Virus record (IMG/VR): IMGVR_UViG_3300008113_010961
Coordinates: 1 to 54,818 of that record
Strand: one strand, 5' to 3'
DNA: 54,818 nucleotides
Source of the DNA: a virus
Taxonomy: Duplodnaviria > Caudoviricetes
Positions 1 to 10,338 of this stretch are shown one piece after another. Position numbers and translations under genes: made by a program. Positions within the stretch are counted from its first letter, which is position 1, and every line of letters starts with the position of its first letter. A model generated the notes under the pieces. That model was not told the DNA's origin, made no database searches, and worked only from the letters and a program-made list of their open reading frames with translations.

Positions 1-2
1 AT

Positions 3-350
3 GCTTTTGGCGTTCCTTTTCACCCGCATAGACCATGTGCTTTTCATCAAGGAAAGTGCTTGGTCTATTCCTTCAGACCACATGTTTGCAAGAAATTCTT
101 CTGTGCATGGGCACAGGGACTTTTTCCAGACTGGATGCGTCCAGATTTGACTAATGTTCTTATTTCAATAGGTGATTGGAGCAAAGGTCAATACCTTAAA
201 ATAATTTTATGTGACCAACCTATGCCGCAAAATGTGGAAGAAGAGATTAAAAAGTTTATTAATTTGCATAAAACGCCGTGCATGGTTCATGATAATGGGA
301 AAACCGATTTATACGGACAACCAGAATTTATCAAAGAATTTACTCAATAA
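3..350 (+). CDS. YkgJ-like cysteine-cluster protein (5' truncated by window edge)
   Basis: Frame is open from the window start: ...RPCAFHQGKCLVYSFRPHVCKKFFCAW matches the C-x-VY-x2-RP-x2-C-x2-F-x-C pattern of YkgJ/CxxCxxCC proteins. Confidence 0.55.
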   Translation, partial: AFGVPFHPHRPCAFHQGKCLVYSFRPHVCKKFFCAWAQGLFPDWMRPDLTNVLISIGDWSKGQYLKIILCDQPMPQNVEEEIKKFINLHKTPCMVHDNGKTDLYGQPEFIKEFTQ

Positions 351-1042
351 ACCTTGCTGCAAATTCTTATTTCTTCTTGAGTTTTGTCTCTATTTACAAT
401 AGAGCTTCCTTCCGATACATCATATGCGTATAGTCCTAACTGCACTTGCGTATACACATCTGCACGCATGAAAACATCAATGCTTCTTGTGACTCCACTA
501 GAAATAACATTCGCCATCAATCTTCTGGCGATGAATGGATCAACTGAATAAGCATGGGCTTTGTAAAGGCAATTAAGTCCTTCCCATTTTAAATGTACAG
601 GGACTGGCGCAATTTGCAATTTCCCTGCCTGTTGCTCTTCGCATCCCAAATAAACTATGGCATTTAGGCAGGGATGTTCAACAAAAGGCTTCACCATAAC
701 TGCATCATGTTCGAGAACCACAATTGGCTGATCAATTTCTATACATTTTGCCCATAATGATACGTGACCTAAAAATGCCGCAACTTCACCATTTTTCAAT
801 GCAGTGTTTGGACACTTTATCCATTTGAGCCAAGGTTCATTTTCTAAATGTTTTGGAGCAATAATGCCTTCCCCAGTACCATCAAATCCATTCCACAAAA
901 CGTATTTTTGACCGACCTCTTCACATGATTTAACACAACGCTTGGTCATCCTTTCAGACTGTTTGTTGCCCGGCAAAGTAAGAATGTACGCTTGCTCTAC
1001 CTTTATGTTGTAGCCATAAGATAGGCTATCTCGCATGTTCAT
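344..1042 (-). CDS. Glycosyltransferase, family 25-like
   Basis: AYILTL...FDG...GEVAAFLGHVSLW...IVVLEHDA motif series typical of GT25; paralogue of 1039..1722. Confidence 0.65.
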   Translation of the reverse strand: MNMRDSLSYGYNIKVEQAYILTLPGNKQSERMTKRCVKSCEEVGQKYVLWNGFDGTGEGIIAPKHLENEPWLKWIKCPNTALKNGEVAAFLGHVSLWAKCIEIDQPIVVLEHDAVMVKPFVEHPCLNAIVYLGCEEQQAGKLQIAPVPVHLKWEGLNCLYKAHAYSVDPFIARRLMANVISSGVTRSIDVFMRADVYTQVQLGLYAYDVSEGSSIVNRDKTQEEIRICSKVY

Positions 1043-1722
1043 TCTTTTTCCTTTCTAAGCTCTGGAATAGTAGTAGGACCGGGCACATCCATCGCATAAA
1101 TGCCGAAACACAAAAAGCTGCACCGATTTAAACTCATCATGCAATCAGCAGAAGTATGAATACCTCTTTCAATAATGTGGCTAACTAAATTTTTAGCAGC
1201 ACACGGATCAATGCTGTAAGAGTGCGTTCTAAGTAGGTGTCGATAATCTTTATTAAGCTGCGCATGAGGAGGAATTATGCTCCAGAAATTGTTTCTTACC
1301 ATTTCTTGACAGCCGAGATAAACAATGCTGTTTATTGCCATGTGATGTGTGAATTTTTGCAACATCACAGCATCATGCTCTAAAGCTACAATTGGTCTAT
1401 CAAGTTCTATGCACCTACACCATAAGCTAAAGTGACTTAGCAAACAGCAAACTTCTTGAGGTGTTAGTTCATGATTTATTTGCTTCAACCATGGCAACCA
1501 AGTCTTTTCCTGCGCATGAGGAGGGACGACTATCCCCTCCATCATATTTCCTGTACCATCAAATGCGTCCCAATATTGAGCTTTTTGCCCAACTTGTTCG
1601 CAAGAATCCATGCATCGCTTGGCCATCTGCTCACTAAGCTTGTGATTCCTAATCCTGATGATGTAGGTTCCTTCTACTTCAGAATTATGTGACCAAGAAA
1701 GAGTTTTGTTTAATACTTTCAT
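1039..1722 (-). CDS. Glycosyltransferase, family 25-like
   Basis: WDAFDG...EVCCLLSHFSLW...IVALEHDA...THSYSIDP; overlaps the next gene by 4 nt (ATGA coupling). Confidence 0.65.
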   Translation of the reverse strand: MKVLNKTLSWSHNSEVEGTYIIRIRNHKLSEQMAKRCMDSCEQVGQKAQYWDAFDGTGNMMEGIVVPPHAQEKTWLPWLKQINHELTPQEVCCLLSHFSLWCRCIELDRPIVALEHDAVMLQKFTHHMAINSIVYLGCQEMVRNNFWSIIPPHAQLNKDYRHLLRTHSYSIDPCAAKNLVSHIIERGIHTSADCMMSLNRCSFLCFGIYAMDVPGPTTIPELRKEKE

Positions 1723-1723
1723 A

Positions 1724-2518
1724 TTAATATTTTAGGTTAAATTGATTGTAATGAGATTCCAAAAAAGCCCCCAAGACTTCTTTGGCTGGCTTACTTGTTT
1801 TGCCAAGATTTTTTCTTATATCATGCAGGTTTCTCAAGCCCCAAGCTTGGTCTTTTTCTTCTGCACAATAATTGTGAATGTTGTTGAATTGATGCTTGTT
1901 AAATGGTTCCAACTCAAGAAATTCATAAATTTCTTTCAAAATTCTCTTTGGGTCATTTACTAAAGAATCATACTCGACGATGTACAGATTATTTCTGGCA
2001 TTCTTGATGCCATGAACCATGCTGTTATAAGGATCAGATACAAACCCTTCCCATAAAATCTTGGCCCTATTAGCACTATTGACGGCCAATCCTTGTTTGC
2101 GTAATTCTTCGTCAACAAAGTTTACAGGATCGTTATTTTTTTCAATCAACGATATGTAGCTAGTAAGCACATCTGCAACTGGTCTATTTGTGCAAATAAT
2201 TTTTGGGTTAGGTTCAAAAAACATTCGTAAAGGCACTATGTTTTTTGGATAACCTCGGTGTTTATCGATGATGTATTTGGTTTTTATGTCTGCATAAAAA
2301 CCTTCAATCATAGCCTTATAAATATTTTCTGATTTAGTTTTATAGTCAAAAGTGTATGTTTTATTAACCATGTCCAGAGCGCCATTTGTAGCGCAAAGTA
2401 AATCTAGAATAGGACTGGTTGGAGTTACAGTAAAGTCTGGATTCTGTCCCAATAAGCTTCCTAGTAGCGTAGAGCCACTTCTAGGCAATCCCGACAAGAA
2501 AAATACTCTCTTATCCAT
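1724..2518 (-). CDS. Sulfotransferase family protein
   Basis: PAPS 5'-PSB loop GLPRSGSTLL, 3'-PB motif RPVADVLTS, and the YDSLVNDP...IYEFL segment. Confidence 0.85.
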   Translation of the reverse strand: MDKRVFFLSGLPRSGSTLLGSLLGQNPDFTVTPTSPILDLLCATNGALDMVNKTYTFDYKTKSENIYKAMIEGFYADIKTKYIIDKHRGYPKNIVPLRMFFEPNPKIICTNRPVADVLTSYISLIEKNNDPVNFVDEELRKQGLAVNSANRAKILWEGFVSDPYNSMVHGIKNARNNLYIVEYDSLVNDPKRILKEIYEFLELEPFNKHQFNNIHNYCAEEKDQAWGLRNLHDIRKNLGKTSKPAKEVLGAFLESHYNQFNLKY

Positions 2519-3867
2519 TAAATCTTAAGTTCCTTTTCTACTAATTTTCGTAAATCAGGCATTACATCGCTCCATACCTTTGGAGTTTTTTGCCTTAGAA
2601 GCGTCATGCTATTTCCAAACCAAGGCGTCTTGTTAGTTTTGGTATTGAATACGTAATAATCAGAACAGGGTGTTAAAACTATACATTTTTTATCCAAAGC
2701 GCCTGCAATTGTACAACTTACGGTCGGACACGTTATAGTCAGATCAAATGAATTTATGTAGTCAGCCATGTCAGAAAGACTTTCAAGCTTTTCCGACAAA
2801 TCAACAATTTCTGGAAAATCTTTTAATTCGTCCATGCATTCATCTTTTTGAATGCTATAGAATGTAACATCTAAATCCTTTAGAGCATTGTAAACGTCTG
2901 ACAAAGCGAAGTTCCTAAATCTTGGGAAACGATTTCCAGACCAGCGAAGTCCTATTTTCTTTTTGCCCTTGAGCTTTTTCTTATCTGCTTTGAGGTATGG
3001 GCCTTTCCACAAATCTTTCTCTTCTAGTCCTAGCAAAATTGGCAGATACTGTGAATAAGTCCACTGATAATCTTTGTATTCTTCTGGATCAAATTTGGTT
3101 ATCATTTCATAACCATTTTTAGTGTAGAATTCAGGCAGCCCTTTTCGTCCCTCTCTTTCCGCATTTTCATAAAAAATATTGTATACTTTGCAGTTTATTC
3201 CTATGGTTTTTAAATTATTTAAAAACCTTATATTGATTATTTCATCACCCAAACCAGCTTCCAAATATACTATTAAATTCTTACAGTCTGGTGTTCCCTC
3301 CCAAAATTGCAGAGGAAGCTCCATTCTGTTATGATAATTGCGACCATTTTCAACTTTTTGCAACTCGTCTCTTGTTAAAATAACATGCCTAAGGCCATCT
3401 TTAAATTGCCCATTTCTTAGTAAATGATTTGACATCACCGCATTGTATTTGATCTTTTCTAGTTCATTAAAAGTATCTTGATCAACTGATTTCAAAAGCT
3501 TGTATGCTTCGTCTTTTTTGTTAGAATCGTAAAGGCACGTTGCTTTCTCGAATGCCAAAGAAACTTGTGCCTCCTTGATATTTACACTCTCGATAACTTG
3601 AATTGCTTTGTCAAATTCATTTTCTTGCTTGTAAGAACCATATAGATAGAATTTTATATTCTCATCAGCACGTAATTCTTCATTTTCAATAGCTTTTTCA
3701 CCATGTTCAATCGACTTTGAAAAGTTGTTCTCGAAATAAAAGAGCATGCAAAGCATGGCATGCTCTTGAGGAGTGAATGCTGTTTTTGACAAAACATTAA
3801 GTATTTCGGCTACTAAATCATTTTCGCCAAACTGTTTTAAGGTTCGCAGAACATTAAATACATCCAT
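2518..3867 (-). CDS. TPR-repeat glycosyltransferase (GT-B, GT9-like C-terminal domain)
   Basis: Helical TPR-like N-terminus, then WEG...EAGLGDEI, IGLRWSG, FYSIQK, DLTITCPT; paralogue of 3867..5372. Confidence 0.7.
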   Translation of the reverse strand: MDVFNVLRTLKQFGENDLVAEILNVLSKTAFTPQEHAMLCMLFYFENNFSKSIEHGEKAIENEELRADENIKFYLYGSYKQENEFDKAIQVIESVNIKEAQVSLAFEKATCLYDSNKKDEAYKLLKSVDQDTFNELEKIKYNAVMSNHLLRNGQFKDGLRHVILTRDELQKVENGRNYHNRMELPLQFWEGTPDCKNLIVYLEAGLGDEIINIRFLNNLKTIGINCKVYNIFYENAEREGRKGLPEFYTKNGYEMITKFDPEEYKDYQWTYSQYLPILLGLEEKDLWKGPYLKADKKKLKGKKKIGLRWSGNRFPRFRNFALSDVYNALKDLDVTFYSIQKDECMDELKDFPEIVDLSEKLESLSDMADYINSFDLTITCPTVSCTIAGALDKKCIVLTPCSDYYVFNTKTNKTPWFGNSMTLLRQKTPKVWSDVMPDLRKLVEKELKI

Positions 3868-5372
3868 TACTTTACAATCCCTCTATTCTTCAGGACTTCT
3901 GTGAGTTCAGACATAGCTTCATCCCAAATCCTAGGATTTTTCTGCTTAACAAGTGTGACATTATCCCCATACCAATGGCTCTTGTTGCCTACTTGACACC
4001 AAAGATAATATGCACTGATTGGTACCATGACAATTACGTCTTTACCTTGCGAAGCGGCCATGTGAGCAATGCTGGTGCAAGATGTAATAACCAAGTCCAG
4101 ATTACTGATGAGTGCAAAAGTATCTTCCAAAGTTTCAAGCTTGTCCTCAACATTTATAATTTTTGGGAAATCAGGCAATTCTTCTATGCCATCATGCTTT
4201 TGTAGACTGTAGAAATCCGCATCCACATCCTTCAATACGTCATACATTTGCTTGAGAGGGTAGCTTCTATGCAAGTCATGCTCATAATGCTTGCTGCCTC
4301 TCCAGCGAATGCCAATCTTCAACTTATTGCCTTTAAGCTTCCACTTCTTCTTAAACTTGGGGCATGCATGCAAGTATGGTCCGTACCATAGGTCTTTGTA
4401 TTCGCAGTTAAGGTAAATTGGCAAACGCATGGACAGTGTCCAATGCACATCCTCTAATTTAAGCTTCTTAACTTCTGCCAAGTCTTCAATGACCGGAACA
4501 CCATTCTTCTTAAGAATTTGCGTTAGGCCAACCCTGTCATTCTTATCCCTGTCGGACTGTGTGGCAGTATACCAATAAGCATTTATTCCTCTGTCCTTTA
4601 GGTGCTTCATGAATCTGCTATTGATAATCTCATCACCAATACCAGCTTCACCGTACACAATAAGATTTTTGCAATCGGGCGAGCCTTCCCAGAAAGTAAA
4701 GCCAAGCTTCTTATTCCTTTCCTGTAGAGCTTCAGCCTGCCACAACTTCATCTTGGCACCTTCCAACATGAAGTTTCTCAGACCTTCTTGCAAACGATCT
4801 TCATAAAGGTAGTACGTACCTAAATTAAACCTGATCTTAATTTTTGTCTCGTCATCTAGTTCATCTGCATGATTAAATAATGCGTCTTCAAGAATGTTCT
4901 TAGCTTCAGGTTTTCTTTCTAGCAAATACAAGCTATAAGCCTTGTCTAAGGCCAAACTAACTCCTACAGAGTTTCTTTCCTGAATTTTGATGTAGGTCAT
5001 AGCCTTTTCAGGATAATTGCAGCGATTATAAATGTTAATCAAATTACTTCTAAGTACGTTAGTAAATTCTTCAGCTGGAGATATGGCAATAGCCTTCTCT
5101 GCATTACGCATAGCGCCATGCCAATTCTTCAGCTTGAAATAGCACTTACTAATATTTTCAAGTTGAAAAAATGTTCTACTGTTCTTTTCAAAAGCTGCAA
5201 CTACCTTATCTGCTAGTTCTGGCTCGCCTAGCTTTTCAAGAGTCACAATAAACGGTTCTAGATCATTAATTCCAACATTTTCTTGACCAGCCTGCTGTTG
5301 TCCCTGCGGATTTTGCGAAGGCAACTGCGGGAACGGAGGAGGAGTTCTTGGAAAATTATTTACGTCACTCAT
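3867..5372 (-). CDS. TPR-repeat glycosyltransferase (GT-B, GT9-like C-terminal domain)
   Basis: TPR repeats, then GEAGIGDEI, IGIRWRGS, FYSLQK, LDLVITSCTSIAHMAA, WYGDNVTL. Confidence 0.75.
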   Translation of the reverse strand: MSDVNNFPRTPPPFPQLPSQNPQGQQQAGQENVGINDLEPFIVTLEKLGEPELADKVVAAFEKNSRTFFQLENISKCYFKLKNWHGAMRNAEKAIAISPAEEFTNVLRSNLINIYNRCNYPEKAMTYIKIQERNSVGVSLALDKAYSLYLLERKPEAKNILEDALFNHADELDDETKIKIRFNLGTYYLYEDRLQEGLRNFMLEGAKMKLWQAEALQERNKKLGFTFWEGSPDCKNLIVYGEAGIGDEIINSRFMKHLKDRGINAYWYTATQSDRDKNDRVGLTQILKKNGVPVIEDLAEVKKLKLEDVHWTLSMRLPIYLNCEYKDLWYGPYLHACPKFKKKWKLKGNKLKIGIRWRGSKHYEHDLHRSYPLKQMYDVLKDVDADFYSLQKHDGIEELPDFPKIINVEDKLETLEDTFALISNLDLVITSCTSIAHMAASQGKDVIVMVPISAYYLWCQVGNKSHWYGDNVTLVKQKNPRIWDEAMSELTEVLKNRGIVK

Positions 5373-5914
5373 TTCATCACCACCAATTTCACTTCGGTTA
5401 CACGATAAACATTATTAAATCTTTTTGCTATTTCTGCTAAATCTTGAAATTTTGAATTTCTAACCAAATCAATATAATCATCATCAACTAACAAGTTGTG
5501 TGACATTACTTCAAAGTCAACATCAATCTTGTCGGCAATACCATTAGTTTTACCAGCAAAATCCTTATACCAAGCGCAATACTTCTTGCTTAATTGCCTC
5601 AGAAGATTGAGTGTAATTGGTCTTTTGCAATCAAGATCTGATAGATACTCTTCGTGTCTAGGATGGACACTACGAATTTCTACCGTTGCTCCACTCTCAC
5701 AAACCCTGTAGATTTCCTTGAGTAAATTCAAAAATCCATCGCCAATGTATTCTAAAACATAATTGGCAACTACTTCATCTACAGTATTGTCTTTGAGTGG
5801 CAATTTGCCTGATTCAAGATCTAAAACCTTATCGGGATTGACATTCTTATCAATGTCTATGTTTAAAAAACCATCGAGTTTTTTAAGACCGCAGCCAAGA
5901 TTGAGTTTTTGCAT
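5369..5914 (-). CDS. Class I SAM-dependent methyltransferase
   Basis: KLNLGCG SAM-binding motif, NIDID...PD, VLEY, LKEIYRV. Confidence 0.75.
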   Translation of the reverse strand: MQKLNLGCGLKKLDGFLNIDIDKNVNPDKVLDLESGKLPLKDNTVDEVVANYVLEYIGDGFLNLLKEIYRVCESGATVEIRSVHPRHEEYLSDLDCKRPITLNLLRQLSKKYCAWYKDFAGKTNGIADKIDVDFEVMSHNLLVDDDYIDLVRNSKFQDLAEIAKRFNNVYRVTEVKLVVMK

Positions 5915-5944
5915 ACATAATTATATCCATATCGGAGAAATCAA

Positions 5945-6064
5945 ATGCAAAAAAATAGTGAATATTTTGAAGGATATAAAACAGGATACAGAGAAGGAGT
6001 GCTGGTTATGTTTTTGCCAGCACTATTCGTATTTGTAAGTATGTTATTGTTTATATACTTATAA
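5945..6064 (+). CDS. Small membrane protein, 39 aa (below the ORF-track cutoff)
   Basis: GGAGA RBS at 5934-5938; MQKNSEYFEGYKTGYREGVLVMFLPALFVFVSMLLFIYL has one C-terminal hydrophobic helix and fills the intergenic gap. Confidence 0.5.
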   Translation: MQKNSEYFEGYKTGYREGVLVMFLPALFVFVSMLLFIYL

Positions 6065-6066
6065 GC

Positions 6067-6945
6067 CTATCCGAGAGTTATGGGGAGTACATCACCATAC
6101 CTAGTAATTAGATCCTCTAGCCACTTTTTCTTGTCCTCATTCCCTTCTTGAAGAAGTGTGTCACCATCAAGTTGTACACCGCCATTAGGACCGGGAGGAT
6201 TCTTAATTTTGCTGCGAATGCGACCAAGCATAATTTTTGCAAATGCTAAAGCACCATCCTGCATAGCCTGTTGGACTCTTGTATAGTCATTATTCTTTTG
6301 GATATACTGAACAATAACGTGGTGAACTTTATGAGGTCTAGGGTATAGTTTAATGTGATCATACCCACCATACCACTCCCAACCACCGATATTACTTGCT
6401 ATGCGGCTATATTGATACTCATAAGAACTATATAAAGACCATTCACCGGCTCTACCCCAGATAGGAGTTGTTGGGTCTATCATACCACCTTGTATACTTG
6501 CATATGCGCCGCCGGGATAAAAATATTCAATAGGTATAGCTCCACCTAGGTCACTACTACTAAATGCAAATGTTGGCGTAGTTTTGTAGTATACATTCCT
6601 AATCCAGCCGACTTCTGGTGGCATTTTGTAAATAGATTGACCGGGATTAGTCTTGAAAACATAGTAACGGAAGAACTCCATAGGAGCCCATTCTTCATAA
6701 ATCTGAAATGCTAAATCAACAGCTGCATCTAGCTGTTGATCATCTAATTCGATTGATACAACAGGTGCGCCAAGCATCAATAGAATGTAATCTTTTAATT
6801 GTTGAGTTATTTTAGCTCTACCCGGTCTTGGCCCTAGTAAAGCTACATCTAAAGGGTCTGAAACTCCTAAATTGCTTGCCTGTCCACAATTTATTGAATT
6901 TGTGGTTGGCATGCTGAGGTATAGCTCGCTTGAATAATCGTTCAT
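6067..6945 (-). CDS. Neck/head-completion protein (T4 gp13-like)
   Basis: LKDYILLMLGAPVVSIELDDQQL N-terminal and ALAFAKIMLGRIRSK...PGPNGGVQLDGDTLLQEG C-terminal signatures; start moved to ATG 6945 because the TTG-type extension overlaps the divergent gene. Confidence 0.8.
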   Translation of the reverse strand: MNDYSSELYLSMPTTNSINCGQASNLGVSDPLDVALLGPRPGRAKITQQLKDYILLMLGAPVVSIELDDQQLDAAVDLAFQIYEEWAPMEFFRYYVFKTNPGQSIYKMPPEVGWIRNVYYKTTPTFAFSSSDLGGAIPIEYFYPGGAYASIQGGMIDPTTPIWGRAGEWSLYSSYEYQYSRIASNIGGWEWYGGYDHIKLYPRPHKVHHVIVQYIQKNNDYTRVQQAMQDGALAFAKIMLGRIRSKIKNPPGPNGGVQLDGDTLLQEGNEDKKKWLEDLITRYGDVLPITLG

Positions 6946-6972
6946 ACTAATATATATTGATGAGGTAGCAAA

Positions 6973-9900
6973 ATGTCTGATAAGCAAGCCATGATCCGTA
7001 TTTATGAGCAGTTTGCCACAAAACTAAGCTCTGAAATAATCAACGAGGGTATAGAAAATTCTGTACCTAAAATACCTAAATTGTTAAATAATACCGATAT
7101 AGATTTTTTGATGAAGCAGTTTGACAGGCGAGATTGGGCGCAGGCTATGGCTAAGCGCTACGTTATGCTTTTTCACTATCTTGTAACCCTAGATCACTTA
7201 CGCAAAGAGGTTGTTAAATACTATAAAGAACGAGAAGAGCTAAATGCTCAAAATTACTACAGTCAGCCTCAGTTTGCTCGATTGTCAAAGTGGGCCAAGG
7301 ACAGAAAAGTTAAAGATATGGCAAATTCAACTGCCAAGGCTAGGGCAACTCAACTTTTTCCAGCAGGAGAAACAATAAATCCGAAAATTATAAATAGACC
7401 AGAATTTAGATCGGCTGATAAGCAGGAATTATCAAAAATAATAAACAAAATTAACAATTATTACATGGCTGATAATAAGATTGAATTTGCAAACTTTGTC
7501 ACAGGATCAGAGTCAAATCCTAGAAGCTACAAAGCTTATCCCCACCTCAAAGATTTGGCCAAAAGTTTAGAGGGTGAATTTGGCAAACCTGACGGTTTTG
7601 ATTTGCATAATCCAAGAAGAATTGCCAGAAGCAAAGATGATAAACCTATTGAGCCAAAATACATTACAGATGGTTTTATTTTCCCGACAAAGAAAGAAAT
7701 TGAAGATGCCATCAGAAATAAATTAAAAGACATAAGTAGGGGTATTAGTGTTCCAACAGATACGGATGATGAGGCAAGACTCGTAGGACACTTCCCCAAA
7801 AGAGAAAAACTTGTATCTGATGAAGGCACATCACCACTGGAAAAACAATTAATCAATATATACTTGCGTAAAGCTGAAGAAAATTTGAAAGCAAAAAAAA
7901 AGAGCAATCCTCATTTCAATTACAAAAGAAGTGATGTCAGAAAAGAAGCAGCACGCCTAGCTAGATTAAAAATAAAAAATTATACCTACGGCCAGTTCGC
8001 TGACTTTTTGAAAAACCAAAAAGGAATTAGCCAAGCAGATGTTGCTGGCATCGGAGATGTTTTTCCCAATACCACAATTGAGGGCATCGGAGACAAGGAC
8101 TTTATCAAACAAATAAATCGTAAAACTGACATTCCACATCAAAAAATGCAAATTACACGCCTGCAAAACGGTAAGGAAAAAATTGACACTGTGGAAAATC
8201 CTGTTTTAAACAAAACGATAATGTACAAGGATGTAAAGCTAAGATATCCACATGATACTGATGATCCAGATTTGACAGTTGACACCACGCAAACAGATTT
8301 GGTTGGCAGGGGTTTAGGCGAGAAAACTTTTGATCCTATTTTATTTGATAGACTTTTTTCTAGGTGGAAGGCTTTGAAAGATGGAAAAATTGATCCTAAC
8401 AAAGCTAGACAATTAGAACTAATTCTTAATAAACATGGTTTAAGTTCAACTAGTCCTTTAAAAAGTGTTGTGGAAGCAGCAAAGCGTTTTTATTACCAGC
8501 AAGCGGATCCTTCGGCTTACAAACAGGGAAGTGACGTTTCTTCGACATTTAGTCATCACCCCTTGAGAATGTCAGCAGAGTCAAAAAATCTAAACAGGTT
8601 TCACAACCAAGCAGATTTTGATGCAAAAATGGATATTTTATTTAAAAAAGGCTGTAAATATAAGGCATCTGGACAAACAATACCTTTGCATGTAGTGATA
8701 AAAAAAGCCGTGAATAGGTTTGTTACACCGAAGAAGGATATGCCATTAGGACAAGCTTTGCCAAGATTGCTGATGGGCAGATCAAAAAACACGCTTAATT
8801 CGCTAGCACAAGAACGTGTGTTGGGCGATTTGGGAAATGATAGATTATACATGAATGTTGGTAGTGCCAGAGCACCTGATTATTATGGTGATGCAAATAC
8901 AATTAGAAATATTGTAAACAAAGAAATGAAACGCTATTTCGATCAAAATCTTTTGGCTGGCGCAGCTAGAGGCAGAGGCGATTTCATCCAGATATTAGAT
9001 AGAGAGTCGGAGGATCTAAATTGCCGGCAGGGAGCAAGAAGTTTTACTTCCGGTCAATGCTTGTTTGGCAATGATATAAAAGCAAATATTGAAAAGGCGT
9101 CAGATGGTTATGATTCCGCAACTAGTGGAGTAATGCCTAGTGCTGCAGGCGGCATTATTGAACAAAGACAAAAAATTTATAGAGCAATACAAGGCACGTA
9201 TGAAATGATGCAAGCTTTGTATGCCATGAAGAAAACAAGATTCGCTTTGGAAAGTCATCATGATGAAATGATAAGCAAAAACAATCAAATGCAGACTTTA
9301 AACGCCAAACCAACAAAAACACAAAAAGATTTGGATTCAATTAAAAAATTGCAAAAAGAAATTGCAGGTCTGAAATCAAAAGAGAGAGAAAAAGCAATTT
9401 ATGACATAACAAAATTCTTTTCTGATAATATCTCACTAACACCAGAACAATTTCTAAATGCATTTTATAAAGAGTATCAAGATGATTTGAATTTTGTCAG
9501 AGCCAGCGGGAAAAATGTTAATCTTAATATGCCTCAGGAGTTAGCTGGCACTAACAAGGCCGATCCATACAGCTTGGCTTCTGTTGAGCAATATAAAAAA
9601 CGACTTAAAGATAAAAAGATTAGTGCCGCACAAACAAAAAATATTGACACCAAATTTATGTCAGCTATAGAAAAAAATGACATAGCGCAACTTGCACACA
9701 ATTATATTGAGCAAGTAAAACAATTTCCAACAAATATGGAGAAACTTTACACTTCATTAATAAACCAGATTCCAAATCCTCTCGATAAGCAACAATTCGA
9801 AATGCTTGTGCGGGGAGTAAACCAACAAGTTCAGGAAAAACTAAACAAATACGCAAATGAAGATGAAGTTATTGAAGATCTATATTCGCTTTGGAATTTA

Positions 9901-10338
9901 ACAGGCAACCATCGAAGAAAAATTGGTCCGGATATATTAAAAGGTTTTCAAGAAAACGGTAAATATATATCCAGACCACTTTTGCTTAATATGGCTAGTG
10001 TTATGATGAGTGATTATGGTCATGACATCGAAAAGGAAAACAAACTTTTCCCCGATGATGATCCAGTGCCAGAGCATATTACGAAAGAACCATTTTTCAT
10101 AGATTGGAAAAAACGCAGAAAAGAATCCGAACCTTATAGAAAACAGGCTATGACCTTGGTCTTTAAAGAAATAGAACGAAGAAATATGTTCCTAAGATTG
10201 GCTGCTGGCGTACGTAATCCAGAAAAGTTCGAAAAGAACTTAGAATTAATTAACGCCGAGTCAAGACCGCCTAAAAAGAAAGCCGGCAGACCTCGCAAAA
10301 ACCCAATAATACCACCTACACAGCCACCTAAAAAATGA
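6973..10338 (+). CDS. Large basic hypothetical protein, 1121 aa (possible virion internal protein)
   Basis: Long ORF with GAGG RBS; no recognisable domain; N-terminus IYEQFATKLSSEIINE loosely resembles a capsid-targeting leader. Confidence 0.7.
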   Translation: MSDKQAMIRIYEQFATKLSSEIINEGIENSVPKIPKLLNNTDIDFLMKQFDRRDWAQAMAKRYVMLFHYLVTLDHLRKEVVKYYKEREELNAQNYYSQPQFARLSKWAKDRKVKDMANSTAKARATQLFPAGETINPKIINRPEFRSADKQELSKIINKINNYYMADNKIEFANFVTGSESNPRSYKAYPHLKDLAKSLEGEFGKPDGFDLHNPRRIARSKDDKPIEPKYITDGFIFPTKKEIEDAIRNKLKDISRGISVPTDTDDEARLVGHFPKREKLVSDEGTSPLEKQLINIYLRKAEENLKAKKKSNPHFNYKRSDVRKEAARLARLKIKNYTYGQFADFLKNQKGISQADVAGIGDVFPNTTIEGIGDKDFIKQINRKTDIPHQKMQITRLQNGKEKIDTVENPVLNKTIMYKDVKLRYPHDTDDPDLTVDTTQTDLVGRGLGEKTFDPILFDRLFSRWKALKDGKIDPNKARQLELILNKHGLSSTSPLKSVVEAAKRFYYQQADPSAYKQGSDVSSTFSHHPLRMSAESKNLNRFHNQADFDAKMDILFKKGCKYKASGQTIPLHVVIKKAVNRFVTPKKDMPLGQALPRLLMGRSKNTLNSLAQERVLGDLGNDRLYMNVGSARAPDYYGDANTIRNIVNKEMKRYFDQNLLAGAARGRGDFIQILDRESEDLNCRQGARSFTSGQCLFGNDIKANIEKASDGYDSATSGVMPSAAGGIIEQRQKIYRAIQGTYEMMQALYAMKKTRFALESHHDEMISKNNQMQTLNAKPTKTQKDLDSIKKLQKEIAGLKSKEREKAIYDITKFFSDNISLTPEQFLNAFYKEYQDDLNFVRASGKNVNLNMPQELAGTNKADPYSLASVEQYKKRLKDKKISAAQTKNIDTKFMSAIEKNDIAQLAHNYIEQVKQFPTNMEKLYTSLINQIPNPLDKQQFEMLVRGVNQQVQEKLNKYANEDEVIEDLYSLWNLTGNHRRKIGPDILKGFQENGKYISRPLLLNMASVMMSDYGHDIEKENKLFPDDDPVPEHITKEPFFIDWKKRRKESEPYRKQAMTLVFKEIERRNMFLRLAAGVRNPEKFEKNLELINAESRPPKKKAGRPRKNPIIPPTQPPKK

